Part shown: positions 53,636-63,312 of the stretch, piece by piece
Layout of the letters: every line of letters starts with the position of its first letter
Numbering within the stretch: position 1 is the stretch's first letter
Assembly: GCA_963806855.1 (NCBI GenBank)
Contig: CAWDYW010000001.1
Coordinates: 1,088,001 to 1,152,000 of the forward strand
From: an uncultured Verrucomicrobiae bacterium
Lineage (GTDB): Bacteria > Chlamydiota > Chlamydiia > Chlamydiales > Rhabdochlamydiaceae
Direction: 5' to 3'
DNA: 64,000 nucleotides
Position numbers and translations under genes: made by a program
Notes under the pieces: generated by a model
What the model was told of the DNA's origin: nothing
What the model saw: the letters and a program-made list of their open reading frames with translations, nothing else
Databases searched by the model: none

Positions 53636-54417
53636 CGCAAATCCTCCTTCAAATAAGAGACCATCCGCTCATGCAGATGACCATTTGTCGCCAAAAGGGG
53701 AAGATAGCGGTAGATCGGATGCTCCGAGCCATCATAGAGGGTCACTTTTCCGCCCGCCTCTTCGATCAAAAGCTTGCCGGCCGCCATGTCCCAAGGATGG
53801 AGCCCCACTTCCCAAAAGACGTCGAATCGCCCCGCCGCAATGTAGGCCAAATCGAGTGAAGCCACCCCAATGCGCCGAATCGGAACGCCGAGAACCGCCA
53901 TTTTAGAAAAACGGTCGATGCAGTGGAGCGGGTTCTGGTCGACATTATAGGGAAAGCCGGTAGAGAACATCGCGCTTTCGAAGGTCTTCGTCTCGGTGAC
54001 CGCCAGTCGCCGCCCATTCAAGGTGGCCCCGCCCCCTTTTTCAGCCAAGTAGAGCTCTCCAAGAAGGGGATGATAGACTGCGCCAGCCAAAATCTCATTG
54101 CCCCTGGCAGCGGCGATGCTGACTGCGAAAAAGGGGATATTGTGGGCAAAATTGACCGTCCCATCTAGGGGGTCGATGATCCAGATGACCTCCTTCGAGG
54201 GAGCATCATGCACATTCTCCTCTTCAGCGAGAAAATGGTGATGGGGAAAATGGCCTTTGATGGTGTCGATGATCAGTTTTTGAGAGAGGATATCGTATTC
54301 GGTGACAAGATTTTGTTGCCCAGCTTTGGTGTCGACATGGTAGGCAGTCCCGAATCCCTCTTTCAATAGGGCACCAGCGGCCAAAGCGGCCTCTTTTGCA
54401 ACTTTAATCAGATCCAT
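53632..54417 (-). CDS. suhB: Inositol monophosphatase family protein
   Basis: WIIDPLDGTVNF, TGFPY, WDMAAG. Confidence 0.93.
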   Translation of the reverse strand: MDLIKVAKEAALAAGALLKEGFGTAYHVDTKAGQQNLVTEYDILSQKLIIDTIKGHFPHHHFLAEEENVHDAPSKEVIWIIDPLDGTVNFAHNIPFFAVSIAAARGNEILAGAVYHPLLGELYLAEKGGGATLNGRRLAVTETKTFESAMFSTGFPYNVDQNPLHCIDRFSKMAVLGVPIRRIGVASLDLAYIAAGRFDVFWEVGLHPWDMAAGKLLIEEAGGKVTLYDGSEHPIYRYLPLLATNGHLHERMVSYLKEDLR

Positions 54418-54897
54418 TCAAGTCCTTTTTAGAAAACAGTATATCATTCTTGGACAAGTAAACCAAACAAATCCATACAGCGCATCGACGAGGGGCATAA
54501 TCAGCAAAGAAGAGAGGAGCATCTGCAGGTTAAAGGTGACCAGATGGCGGATCAGGACAAATTGAATCGCCGAGAAGACCGCCGAAATGACGGCCGTATA
54601 AAACGGGATAGAGAAGAGATTCTCCTCGTAAAAATATCTTTTCAGCTGGAAGGTGAGGGCTGCCGTCGCGACGCTACAGAGGGAGAAGACCCCAAACCGG
54701 ATGTCGATTGTAAAGAGATCGACTAGCAGCCCACAAAGGGCCGCAATCCACAGACTGGCCAGAAAAGGCTTCCGAAGAAAGACAATGGCAAAGAAAGGGG
54801 CAAAGGAGATCAGCCTCGTCGAGGGAAAAGCATTAGCCCCAAAGATCAGCGCCAAGAGGGCTAGGAGGAAAAAGAAGAGGAGCGGAGGCCGTTTCAT
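54418..54897 (-). CDS. mreD: Rod shape-determining protein MreD-like membrane protein
   Basis: Very hydrophobic 159 aa, ALCGLLVDL...FG motif. Confidence 0.65.
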   Translation of the reverse strand: MKRPPLLFFFLLALLALIFGANAFPSTRLISFAPFFAIVFLRKPFLASLWIAALCGLLVDLFTIDIRFGVFSLCSVATAALTFQLKRYFYEENLFSIPFYTAVISAVFSAIQFVLIRHLVTFNLQMLLSSLLIMPLVDALYGFVWFTCPRMIYCFLKRT

Positions 54898-54960
54898 CCA
54901 TTCTAAAGTTATGCGAAAACGAATTTTATTTCAATGTAGGATAAGTCATTGAGCACAAAA

Positions 54961-55029
54961 GGTACAATGATATGAACGATACAACGATGCGAATGATAAA
55001 AAAATTACTATCCTTCATATCGTTGTATC
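54961..55029. repeat. Three related 16-bp units (two direct, one inverted)
   Basis: GGTACAATGATATGAA 54961, GATACAACGATGCGAA 54978, inverted TTCATATCGTTGTATC 55014-55029. Confidence 0.6.
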
Positions 55030-55036
55030 ATTCTCA

Positions 55037-56044
55037 TCATTTTTTTGACCAATGCCCGAAAGATTGCATATCATTTATGATACATACTGGGGCAAGTTCT
55101 TCCATTGCTGTTTCGATACGTTCATCTCCATTTGTTTGAAGGCTCAAATAGAGAGAAAACAGATCCACAGCACTATCCTTTGCAAATAAGTGGGGATCAT
55201 AATACCAAATTTCTAATTCAAAAGCAGCCTCTTCAGAAGAGGGTAATTCCTCGACTTCGGACTTCTTCCATCTCTTCCATTCCTCCCAGCTAATCGCATA
55301 AACAGGGACAGTGGGTGGATTTATCATTGTAAAATAGCTAAGCGCTGTCAGTCCTGCCGCAATTTTTGGTTTCTTATGTTTTAACCATACGCGAGTTTTC
55401 ACTGGACTGCGCAACATTGGCTTTGTTTGTTCCCATAATTCGCGCTTGCTGCCCTCAAAGACCCAAAAACGCTCTCTTCCTTCTCGATAGACTGTGCCAA
55501 TGCTCGCTTCTTCCAATTCATCAAGAGCGCGAGTCATTGTCATGTGAGTGTATCCGAGCTCCTTTACGAGATAAGAAGGGTTCAATTTTTCTTTTGCTTT
55601 TTTTAGCAGTGCATAAACAATAATCGCTTGAGTAGCAGGGCTAAGAAATTTTTTTGGATTTCGCAATTTCCGGAAATGCTCTCTTAAATCAATTCCCAAT
55701 TCGGGCAGATAGAGCTGATTACCGGGAACGAGAAAAGGGACCCGATGCTCAATTAAACGCTTACGGTTATAGGCTGAAATGGTCTCTTGAACGAAAATGC
55801 ACGGGCCATCCCATTTTTTCAATAATTGCTCCCAATGCTTTCGCACCAATGCTGGTGTTACTTCTAGTCCCTTTTTTGCAACCATCAACAAGCAAGCATT
55901 TGTTAATAATTTGAACTCATAAAAATTATAAGAATCCAGCAAGAAAAAAGGTAATTCCTTCTGTTTTCTCCAAAGATGAACTTTGACTTTTTGACCTAAA
56001 GCCTCCTGAAAATAATGCTCTATTGCAAATGCGATTTTTTCCAT
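55037..56044 (-). CDS. MarR/winged-helix protein of AbiEi-like architecture
   Basis: RKRLIEHRVPFLVPGNQLYLP, LSPATQ, LGYTHMTMTRALDEL, AGLTALS, EIWYYDP, VDLFSLYLSL..DERIE; start 56044 or 56074. Confidence 0.7.
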   Translation of the reverse strand: MEKIAFAIEHYFQEALGQKVKVHLWRKQKELPFFLLDSYNFYEFKLLTNACLLMVAKKGLEVTPALVRKHWEQLLKKWDGPCIFVQETISAYNRKRLIEHRVPFLVPGNQLYLPELGIDLREHFRKLRNPKKFLSPATQAIIVYALLKKAKEKLNPSYLVKELGYTHMTMTRALDELEEASIGTVYREGRERFWVFEGSKRELWEQTKPMLRSPVKTRVWLKHKKPKIAAGLTALSYFTMINPPTVPVYAISWEEWKRWKKSEVEELPSSEEAAFELEIWYYDPHLFAKDSAVDLFSLYLSLQTNGDERIETAMEELAPVCIINDMQSFGHWSKK

Positions 56045-56147
56045 TTTATTAACCTTATATATGCATATTAACATATGTAATGTTAACGTGCAATTTCTAT
56101 GTTAACGCAGATAAATTTATTGACGGAAGATTCTGATTTTAAATTTG

Positions 56148-57104
56148 TTAGGTCGTTATGCAAGAGATTTCATACCACTGCCAAGCAGTCTGGACAATCG
56201 TGGTTAAATCTGAGTAATTCGGCACCCAGTTTAGCTCTCTTTGGGCTTTCCGTGCATCAGCAATCAAACTGGGGCACTCGCTAATGGATTGATTCTCGAT
56301 CAGATAGGGGACGGAGAGCCCAGTGATTTTTTCCACTTCAGCCATCACCTCGAGCACAGAATAGCCTCGGCCGGTTCCGAGATTATACGGACCCGATGCA
56401 GAGCATTGCAGAGCTTTCACATGTGCCTGAGCCAAATCGGAGACATGGACATAATCGCGTACGGCAGTGCCATCTTTCGTTGGGAGCTGATTATTGTAGA
56501 TGACTAGAGGTTGCCCATCGCGTGCTGCAAAAATTGTCCGCGGGATCAGATGTGTTTCGGGGGTATGGGCCTCTCCAATTTCCCCATCTGGATCTGCCCC
56601 AGCAGCATTGAAATAACGGAAAATGACCGCATTTAGCTCAAAATCCTCAATCAGCTGTTCGGTGATCCATTTGCTCCTGCCGTAAGGGTTGAGGGGGTTT
56701 TTGGGGTAATTTTCCGAAAGAAGTTGCCCATCTGACGGAGCATAGACCGCGGCGCTACTAGAATAAACGAGCCGGCTTACCTTGTACTTGGCCATGGCCC
56801 GGAATAATGATAAGCTGCCCAGCACATTGCTCTCGTAGCATTTTTCGGGGTTCAGGATAGATTCTCTCAAATCGACAAGGCCCGCTAAGTGGATGACAGC
56901 TTCTGGTTCATATCGAAAGAAGGCCTTCTCGAGATCCTCTACATTTTGGAGATCCCCTTGGAAAAACGGGCCATAACGGACTGCCCATTTGTGCCCATGA
57001 CTTAAATTGTCGAATGTGATCGGTTCATATCCCGCTGTCTTCAATGCCTTGCAGACATGACTCCCAATATAGCCCGCGCCGCCTGTTACCAGTATTCTGC
57101 TCAT
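56148..57104 (-). CDS. galE: UDP-glucose 4-epimerase
   Basis: ILVTGGAGYIGSH, SSSAAVY, YGRSK, RYFNAAGA, RDYVHVSDLA; ATG 57104. Confidence 0.95.
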   Translation of the reverse strand: MSRILVTGGAGYIGSHVCKALKTAGYEPITFDNLSHGHKWAVRYGPFFQGDLQNVEDLEKAFFRYEPEAVIHLAGLVDLRESILNPEKCYESNVLGSLSLFRAMAKYKVSRLVYSSSAAVYAPSDGQLLSENYPKNPLNPYGRSKWITEQLIEDFELNAVIFRYFNAAGADPDGEIGEAHTPETHLIPRTIFAARDGQPLVIYNNQLPTKDGTAVRDYVHVSDLAQAHVKALQCSASGPYNLGTGRGYSVLEVMAEVEKITGLSVPYLIENQSISECPSLIADARKAQRELNWVPNYSDLTTIVQTAWQWYEISCITT

Positions 57105-57733
57105 CAATAGGCCCCTTTGGGAAATAGCACAATGACGATCGTCTTGAGAATGATCCGCAGATCGAGCCAAAACGATCGAGAGTCGACATATTTCTCTTCT
57201 AATGCAGCCCGCTCTTCAAAGGAGAGGAGATTGCGCCCTTGCGTTTGCCAAATGCAGGTGATGCCCGGCTTCACCGAGAGAATTTTCTCCGTCCGCTCCC
57301 GATACCGCTGCCGAATTTCATCCACCGCTTGCTCTGGATATCGAACCTCAATGGGGCGAGGACCGACGACGCTTAAATCGCCCTTGAGCACATTCCAAAA
57401 TTGGGGGAGCTCATCGAGTGAGGTCTTGCGCAAGAATCGGCCTACAATCGTGAGGCGGGGATCTTTTTTGAGTTTGTGAAAGGTATCCCATTCCTCGCGC
57501 AGCTTAGGGTTCGTTTTCAAGACGCTCTCCAAATGGCTATCCGCATTGAGAACCATCGTCCGAAATTTCCAGCAATAGATCAGCTTTCCCCCTTGCCCCA
57601 TCCGCAAACTCTTGTAGAGGGGAGGGCCTTTGGAGGTCATTTGGATTAAGAGTAGGAGTAAGAGGTAAATAGGGGAGCCGAAAAGGAGGACGGAGCTGCT
57701 AAATAAGATATCGAAAACTCTTTTCCCAGACAT
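57104..57733 (-). CDS. Priming sugar-phosphate transferase (bacterial sugar transferase family)
   Basis: KRVFDI, KFRTM, DPRLT, RKTSLDELPQ, GDLSVVGPRP, KPGIT. Confidence 0.93.
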   Translation of the reverse strand: MSGKRVFDILFSSSVLLFGSPIYLLLLLLIQMTSKGPPLYKSLRMGQGGKLIYCWKFRTMVLNADSHLESVLKTNPKLREEWDTFHKLKKDPRLTIVGRFLRKTSLDELPQFWNVLKGDLSVVGPRPIEVRYPEQAVDEIRQRYRERTEKILSVKPGITCIWQTQGRNLLSFEERAALEEKYVDSRSFWLDLRIILKTIVIVLFPKGAY

Positions 57734-57766
57734 GATTTCTCACGTTAGGGAAAAGAGCATTTAAAT

Positions 57767-59122
57767 TCAAATCACTAGGGCGTGTCGTCTGATGGCGATT
57801 TTAGCCTCTAGCTCATGATCGACAATCGGAGCGGGATAATCGGACTCGAACTGCTCCTTTGCCCAATTGTGGATAATCTTGGGTGAGAACTCGGCGAGTT
57901 CTGGGATCCACTTTTTGATATAGACGCAGTCCCGATCGAATTTCTTTTGCTGGGTCCAGGGATTAAAGACCCGGAAATAGGGCTGGGCGTCGCACCCGGT
58001 GCTGGCAACCCATTGCCAGTTGCCATTGTTGACAGCTGGATCATAATCGATCAGATTCTGGGCAAAATATTGCTCACCCCAGCGCCAATCGATATGAAGA
58101 TCTTTGACCAGGAAGGAGGCGGCGATCATCCTCACGCGGTTGTGCATCAGCCCGGTCGCATTCATCTCACGCATTCCTGCATCGACAATCGGAAAACCCG
58201 TTTGTCCCTCGCACCATTTCTTAAACAACTTTTTGTCGTAGGACCATTTTACCTTGTCAAATTTGGCGTGAAAGGCGCTCTTAAAGACATGGGGGAAGAA
58301 GAAGGCGATTGCAGTGAAGAAATCGCGCCAGTGAAGCGAGCGGATGAGCGGATCGTTTGGCCCGAGCTTAAGCCAGATCGCCGCATAGACCTCGCGAGGG
58401 GAGACGACAGTGAATTTCAAATAGGGGGAGAGATGCGAAGTATAATCTTCTGCAGGAAAATCGCGCCGCTCATTATAGGCATTGAGCTGACCCAATTTTT
58501 TAAGGATTTTCAGAGCTTCGGTTCGGCCTCCAACCAGTCCATTATTGACTTTGACAGTCGGCAATTTGTGCTCGGCAAATGGAATAGAGCCATGGAAGTA
58601 GTTGGTCGCCCGGTTGTGAACAGGGGCAGCGATTTCGATTTTTTGCGCATTGCGGAAAAAGGGGGTGAAGATTGTATAGGGTGTCCCATCCTTCTTAAGG
58701 GTCGTTTCGGGAGGATGTAGAAGGGCATCATCGAAAGAAAGGAAGGAAATGCCGGCCCGATTGCAAACATTTTCAATTTTGGCATCTCTAGAGATACTGT
58801 AAGGGGTGTAGTCGCGATTGACAATGACGGCATCGATGTTTAATTTTTCGATGCACTTCTTGACTATCTGATCGCTCTTTCCATGAAACAGAAAGAGTTT
58901 GCTCTTTTTCTGCTTGAGCTGATCTTGTAGGTCTTCTATCGACTCGACCATGAATTTTACACAGTGGTCGCTTCGATAGGGATTCTGCTGGATCTGCTCA
59001 GGAGTAAAAATGAAGGAGGGGATGACCGTCTTAGAGTGTTTAAGAGCATAAATCAAGCCGGTGTTATCCTCTAATCGAAGATCGCGCCTAAAAATAAATA
59101 ACGCTTTTTGAAATTCCATCAA
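57767..59122 (-). CDS. phrB: Deoxyribodipyrimidine photolyase (class I CPD-like)
   Basis: FRRDLRLEDN, TSHLSPYL, TGFPIVDAGMRE, MHNRVRMI, DWRWGE, NNGNWQW. Confidence 0.94.
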   Translation of the reverse strand: MMEFQKALFIFRRDLRLEDNTGLIYALKHSKTVIPSFIFTPEQIQQNPYRSDHCVKFMVESIEDLQDQLKQKKSKLFLFHGKSDQIVKKCIEKLNIDAVIVNRDYTPYSISRDAKIENVCNRAGISFLSFDDALLHPPETTLKKDGTPYTIFTPFFRNAQKIEIAAPVHNRATNYFHGSIPFAEHKLPTVKVNNGLVGGRTEALKILKKLGQLNAYNERRDFPAEDYTSHLSPYLKFTVVSPREVYAAIWLKLGPNDPLIRSLHWRDFFTAIAFFFPHVFKSAFHAKFDKVKWSYDKKLFKKWCEGQTGFPIVDAGMREMNATGLMHNRVRMIAASFLVKDLHIDWRWGEQYFAQNLIDYDPAVNNGNWQWVASTGCDAQPYFRVFNPWTQQKKFDRDCVYIKKWIPELAEFSPKIIHNWAKEQFESDYPAPIVDHELEAKIAIRRHALVI

Positions 59123-60558
59123 TTTCCCTCAGCTAATTTTTTGGCCAGGCTTTTAAAAATCAAAAGGTGAAAGGGCAAGAAAGCATACCAGTAGATTCTG
59201 CCCAAAACTCCACTGGGCCTAAATGTAGCCGTTTGATAAAGCGTACCGCCCCCTTGGGGATTGGGTTTGACCTCAAATTCAAGCCACCCTTCACCCGGCA
59301 ATTTCATCTCCGCATAGAGAAGGAGTCTTCCACGTTGCTCATCGGCAAGCAAAACGCGCCAAAAATCGAGGGCATCACCGGCTTTTAGATATGTCGGATT
59401 GGTTCTGCCGCGCCGAAGGCCGATCCCTCCGACCAGTTGATCGAGAAAGCCGCGGATCTTCCAAGCCCAATTCAGCGTGAGCCAGCCCTGCTCGCCTCCA
59501 AGCGACCAAATACGGCGGCGGACCTCTTGGGGATCGGCTGAAAAGGGGACAATTTGTTGGTCGCTCAGTGTCCCATGACGGGGAACATGAATATAGATCG
59601 ACAGATCGGGACTTAAGGGGGATCCGCTTAAACTATCCCTCCAGCTTGAGGGGATCCAGTCCTCCTCGATACGTGTGAACGCTTGGCGCACGGCTTCTTC
59701 AAAAGAAAGGAGCTTTCTGGGAAAGAGGGAGCGAATCCTTGTCTCTTTGCAAATGGCATTGTTTGTTAAGCTATCGACCAGCGCCCGGGCGAGGTTAAAG
59801 CTTGTGCTGGTGACAAAAAATAGCCACAGCGAGGAGAGGCGGGGGGTCAAGACCGGAACGGTGATAATCCACCTCTTCAATCCTCTGATTTTGGCAAATC
59901 TTAAGAGAAGTTCTTTGTAAGTGAGCAGATCGGGACCTCCAATCTCGAATGATTGATTTAAACAGTCAGAGCGGTTCAAAACTAAGAGGAGATAGCTCAG
60001 GACATCGATCAGTGCGATCGGTTGAGTGAGATTATTTAGCCATTTGGGAGCGATCATGACAGGGAGCTTCTCAACGAGATCGCGGATAATCTCAAAAGAT
60101 CCGCTGCCAGATCCAATGATGATTCCAGCCATCAAAATCGTGACAGGGCTCTTTCCTTTTTGCAGAATTTCGCCAACCCTTTTTCGGGAACTGAGATGGG
60201 GGGAGAGTTTGCCCTCATTGGAAAGACCGCTCAAATAGATAACCTGTTTGACCTGGGTTTGATCCATCCGCTCTATAAAATGACTGGCAGACATTTCTTC
60301 CAATCGAGCAAAATCTTTCGAATAGGTCATCGAATGGACAAGGTAATAGGCCGCATCGATCTGACTGGGGATTTTTTTCAAAGAATCGCGATCAAGAAGA
60401 TCTGCTTCAATAATATGAATACGAGACCGGTATTTTTCTGGAAGTTCGAGCCTCAGACGGCTTCTGACCAAAGCAAAAATCTCATGACCTTCTTCGGCCA
60501 GCAGAGGAAGAAGCCTTGTTCCAATATAGCCATTAGCACCTGTAAGAAGAATCTTCAT
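59119..60558 (-). CDS. Atypical SDR with DUF2867 C-terminal domain (YbjT-like)
   Basis: TGANGYIG, YYLVHSM, HLSSR, LDFWRV, AEMKLPGEGWLEF. Confidence 0.9.
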   Translation of the reverse strand: MKILLTGANGYIGTRLLPLLAEEGHEIFALVRSRLRLELPEKYRSRIHIIEADLLDRDSLKKIPSQIDAAYYLVHSMTYSKDFARLEEMSASHFIERMDQTQVKQVIYLSGLSNEGKLSPHLSSRKRVGEILQKGKSPVTILMAGIIIGSGSGSFEIIRDLVEKLPVMIAPKWLNNLTQPIALIDVLSYLLLVLNRSDCLNQSFEIGGPDLLTYKELLLRFAKIRGLKRWIITVPVLTPRLSSLWLFFVTSTSFNLARALVDSLTNNAICKETRIRSLFPRKLLSFEEAVRQAFTRIEEDWIPSSWRDSLSGSPLSPDLSIYIHVPRHGTLSDQQIVPFSADPQEVRRRIWSLGGEQGWLTLNWAWKIRGFLDQLVGGIGLRRGRTNPTYLKAGDALDFWRVLLADEQRGRLLLYAEMKLPGEGWLEFEVKPNPQGGGTLYQTATFRPSGVLGRIYWYAFLPFHLLIFKSLAKKLAEGN

Positions 60559-60609
60559 CTTACTCCAATTCTCTCTGAGAAAGGTATTGATGACAAGAAA
60601 CGAGAATGC

Positions 60610-61374
60610 CTACACTGCGCGAAAGATCATGGCTTGGGCCAGCTCTGCCAATCTGGGAGCGCCAAACGGCAGAGTCTCGATGATCTGCATAGCTTTATCG
60701 AAGAGTTCCTCTGCGATCTCTTCGGCATGCTTTACCCCGATGCGCTCGACCAGGCCGTCATTGTCTAAAATGTCGTCGACGATTTGGTAGGCAAGTCCTA
60801 GGTGCTGGCCGATGGTTTGGAAAGGGGTGAGATCGGTCTGGCCGGCGATGATCCCCCCAAACTCGCAGGCGGCGGTGATCAGGGCACCCGTTTTTTTGGC
60901 GTGCATTTGGAGAAAGTCGGTCGTGGTACCTTCGATGTCGAGGATTTGGCCGCCGATCATCCCTTGGCTGCCCGATTGGTGGGCGAGGCTGGCGATGAGG
61001 CGATTTTTTTGATGGTCGGTGAGGTGTGGGGCGCTGGCGAGCACTTCGAAGGCATAGGTGAGGAGGAAATCGCCAGTCAGGACGGCATGGCTTTCAGGGT
61101 AGGCGCGATGGAGGGAGGGCTTGCCGCGGCGGAAGTCGTCGTCATCCATGCAGGGGAGGTCATCGTGGATGAGGGAATAGGTATGGATCATTTCGAGGGC
61201 GCAGGCCGGGCGCAGGGCATGTTCGATAGGGTGGTTGAAGGCTTCGACGATCGCGAGAGTGAGCATGGGGCGGAGCCGTTTGCCCCCTTCGAGGCTATAG
61301 TGAGCAGCTTCAAAGAGGATCTCTCCCGTCTGAGGAATCAATTCGAGAAGGATGCGATCAATGTGTTCTTTCAT
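60610..61374 (-). CDS. ispA: Short-chain polyprenyl diphosphate synthase
   Basis: GGKRLRP, SLIHDDLPCMDDDDFRRG, GQILD, KTGALI, YQIVDDILD. Confidence 0.93.
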   Translation of the reverse strand: MKEHIDRILLELIPQTGEILFEAAHYSLEGGKRLRPMLTLAIVEAFNHPIEHALRPACALEMIHTYSLIHDDLPCMDDDDFRRGKPSLHRAYPESHAVLTGDFLLTYAFEVLASAPHLTDHQKNRLIASLAHQSGSQGMIGGQILDIEGTTTDFLQMHAKKTGALITAACEFGGIIAGQTDLTPFQTIGQHLGLAYQIVDDILDNDGLVERIGVKHAEEIAEELFDKAMQIIETLPFGAPRLAELAQAMIFRAV

Positions 61375-62662
61375 AGATGGGTAATTGTTTTCCTATAGAG
61401 AAATAATCAAAGCCCCATTTTTCCATTTCGGTTGTATTGTATTGGTTGCGGCCATCAAAAAGGGTGCGGCAGAGGATTTTGCCAAAGTCGATGTGGCGGA
61501 ACTGCTGCCATTCGGTGACGAGGAGGATCGCGTCTGCTTGCTCGGCGGCTTCATATTCGGTTTTGCAAAATTGGACGGTTGGAGGCAAGAGCGCTTTGGC
61601 TTTGGTCATCGCCACTGGGTCAAACGCTTTCACATGGGCCCCCATTTCGAGGAGGCTTTGGATGAGGTAGAGGGCGGGGGCTTCGCGCAGATCGTCGGTG
61701 TCGGGTTTGAAGGATAGGCCCCAGATGGCGATAGTTTTGCCACGCAGATCGTCAAAGTATTCAACGACTTTAGAGAGAAAGTCTAGTCGTTGCCGCTCAT
61801 TGATCTCGAGGATAGCGTCGAAAAGGGAGCTTGGGTGAATAGAGCGGAGCGCTTTGACATCTTTGGGGAGGCACGAGCCGCCAAAGCCGATTCCGGGGTT
61901 GAGGTAGCGGTGGCCGATGCGGGGATCTGCTCCGATGGCGAGCTTAACCGATTCGATATCGGCTCCGAGCTTTTCACAGAGGCCGGCCAGCTCATTCATG
62001 TAGGAGATGCGCAGGGCGAGCATCCCATTGGCTGCATATTTGGAGAGCTCAGCCGAGGGGATATCCATCACTTGCAGCCGGTCGAGCTCTGCAGCGTAGA
62101 GCTCTTTCATCATCTGTTCTGCGCGGGGGGTGTCGACGCCGATGAGGATCCGGTCGGGATGCATGTAGTTTTTGACGGCGGTCCCTTCAGATAAAAATTC
62201 GGGATTGGAGACCACATCAAAAGGGATATCGACGCCACGCTGCGAGAGGGTTTCGGCGATGGTAGACCGCACTTTTTCAGCGGTACCGATCGGAACGGTC
62301 GATTTGTTGATGACGACGAGGTAGTCTTCCATCACCTCAGCGAGCTGTTTGGCTGCCTTGAGGACGTAGGAGATATTGCAGCTTTCGTCTGCATTGGAAG
62401 GTGTGGGGAGGGCGAGGAAGCAATACTTGGCGCCTTGGATCGCTTTTTGGTATTGATCGGTAAAGGTGAGGCGGCGACTTGCGATCCCTTTTTTGACTAG
62501 ATCTTCAAGACCGGGCTCGAAAAAGGGGACGCGGCCTGCTTTTAGAGAGTCAATTTTGTTTTGATCGATATCGAGGCAGGTGACGGTGCAGCCCATTTCG
62601 GCAAGGCAGGCTCCAGTCACCAAACCGACATAGCCGGTCCCGATGATAGTTATCTTTCTCAT
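61358..62662 (-). CDS. ugd: UDP-glucose 6-dehydrogenase
   Basis: GTGYVGL, KSTVPIGT, NPEFLSEG, GFGGSCLPKD, FKPDTDDLRE. Confidence 0.95.
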   Translation of the reverse strand: MRKITIIGTGYVGLVTGACLAEMGCTVTCLDIDQNKIDSLKAGRVPFFEPGLEDLVKKGIASRRLTFTDQYQKAIQGAKYCFLALPTPSNADESCNISYVLKAAKQLAEVMEDYLVVINKSTVPIGTAEKVRSTIAETLSQRGVDIPFDVVSNPEFLSEGTAVKNYMHPDRILIGVDTPRAEQMMKELYAAELDRLQVMDIPSAELSKYAANGMLALRISYMNELAGLCEKLGADIESVKLAIGADPRIGHRYLNPGIGFGGSCLPKDVKALRSIHPSSLFDAILEINERQRLDFLSKVVEYFDDLRGKTIAIWGLSFKPDTDDLREAPALYLIQSLLEMGAHVKAFDPVAMTKAKALLPPTVQFCKTEYEAAEQADAILLVTEWQQFRHIDFGKILCRTLFDGRNQYNTTEMEKWGFDYFSIGKQLPIYERTH

Positions 62663-63312
62663 GTATTGAAATTATAGAGCTGACCCTCATTTAAAAAAAG
62701 GATCCGATCGCATTTGCGTGCAAACTCTTCATCGTGAGTGACGAGAATTAAGGCTTTGCCGAGCTCTTTGACTTTGCTGAGGATCAGATTTTGGATCTCG
62801 AGCGAATAGCTCCGATCGAGATTGCCTGTTGGCTCGTCGGCAAGGAGCAGGTCGGGCTCACCTACTAAGGCCCGGACGATGGCGACCCGTTGCTTTTCCC
62901 CACCGGAGAGATATTTGGCCAGGAGCTCTTCTTTTCCTTCGAGGCCCACATCTTTCAGCAGTTTTTTGGCACGTTGGATGGTCTCTTTCGATTCATTGCG
63001 GGCAATTTTGAGCGGCATCAGCACATTGTCTAGGACGGTGAAATCTTCGAGCAGATGATAGGCTTGGAAAATAAAACCGATATGCCGATTGCGCAGAATC
63101 GCCTCATGTTTTTTTGGCACTTGTCCGCAGATTTTGAGCGTGCCCTTAGTTGGGGCGTCGAGTGTTCCCAAAATGTGGAGCAGCGTGCTTTTGCCCCCTC
63201 CCGATTTTCCCATGATCGCGATGGTCTCACCCGGCTTGACTTGCAGCGAGATGCCGCGGAGCACCTCGAGGGTATCAAATGACTTGTAGATCTCATCTGC
63301 TTCGAGGATCAT
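62659..63312 (-). CDS. lolD: Lipoprotein-releasing ABC transporter ATPase
   Basis: [39 protein letters not shown]. Confidence 0.88.
   Translation of the reverse strand: MILEADEIYKSFDTLEVLRGISLQVKPGETIAIMGKSGGGKSTLLHILGTLDAPTKGTLKICGQVPKKHEAILRNRHIGFIFQAYHLLEDFTVLDNVLMPLKIARNESKETIQRAKKLLKDVGLEGKEELLAKYLSGGEKQRVAIVRALVGEPDLLLADEPTGNLDRSYSLEIQNLILSKVKELGKALILVTHDEEFARKCDRILFLNEGQLYNFNT

Noticed and set aside
54900..54950. A displaced galE 3' end downstream of the wHTH gene
   Set aside because: Only GTTATGC is shared; too short to count as a fourth duplication case
56148..62662. galE, sugar transferase and ugd as a complete polysaccharide locus
   Set aside because: No glycosyltransferase, flippase or polymerase genes here; the set is interleaved with unrelated genes
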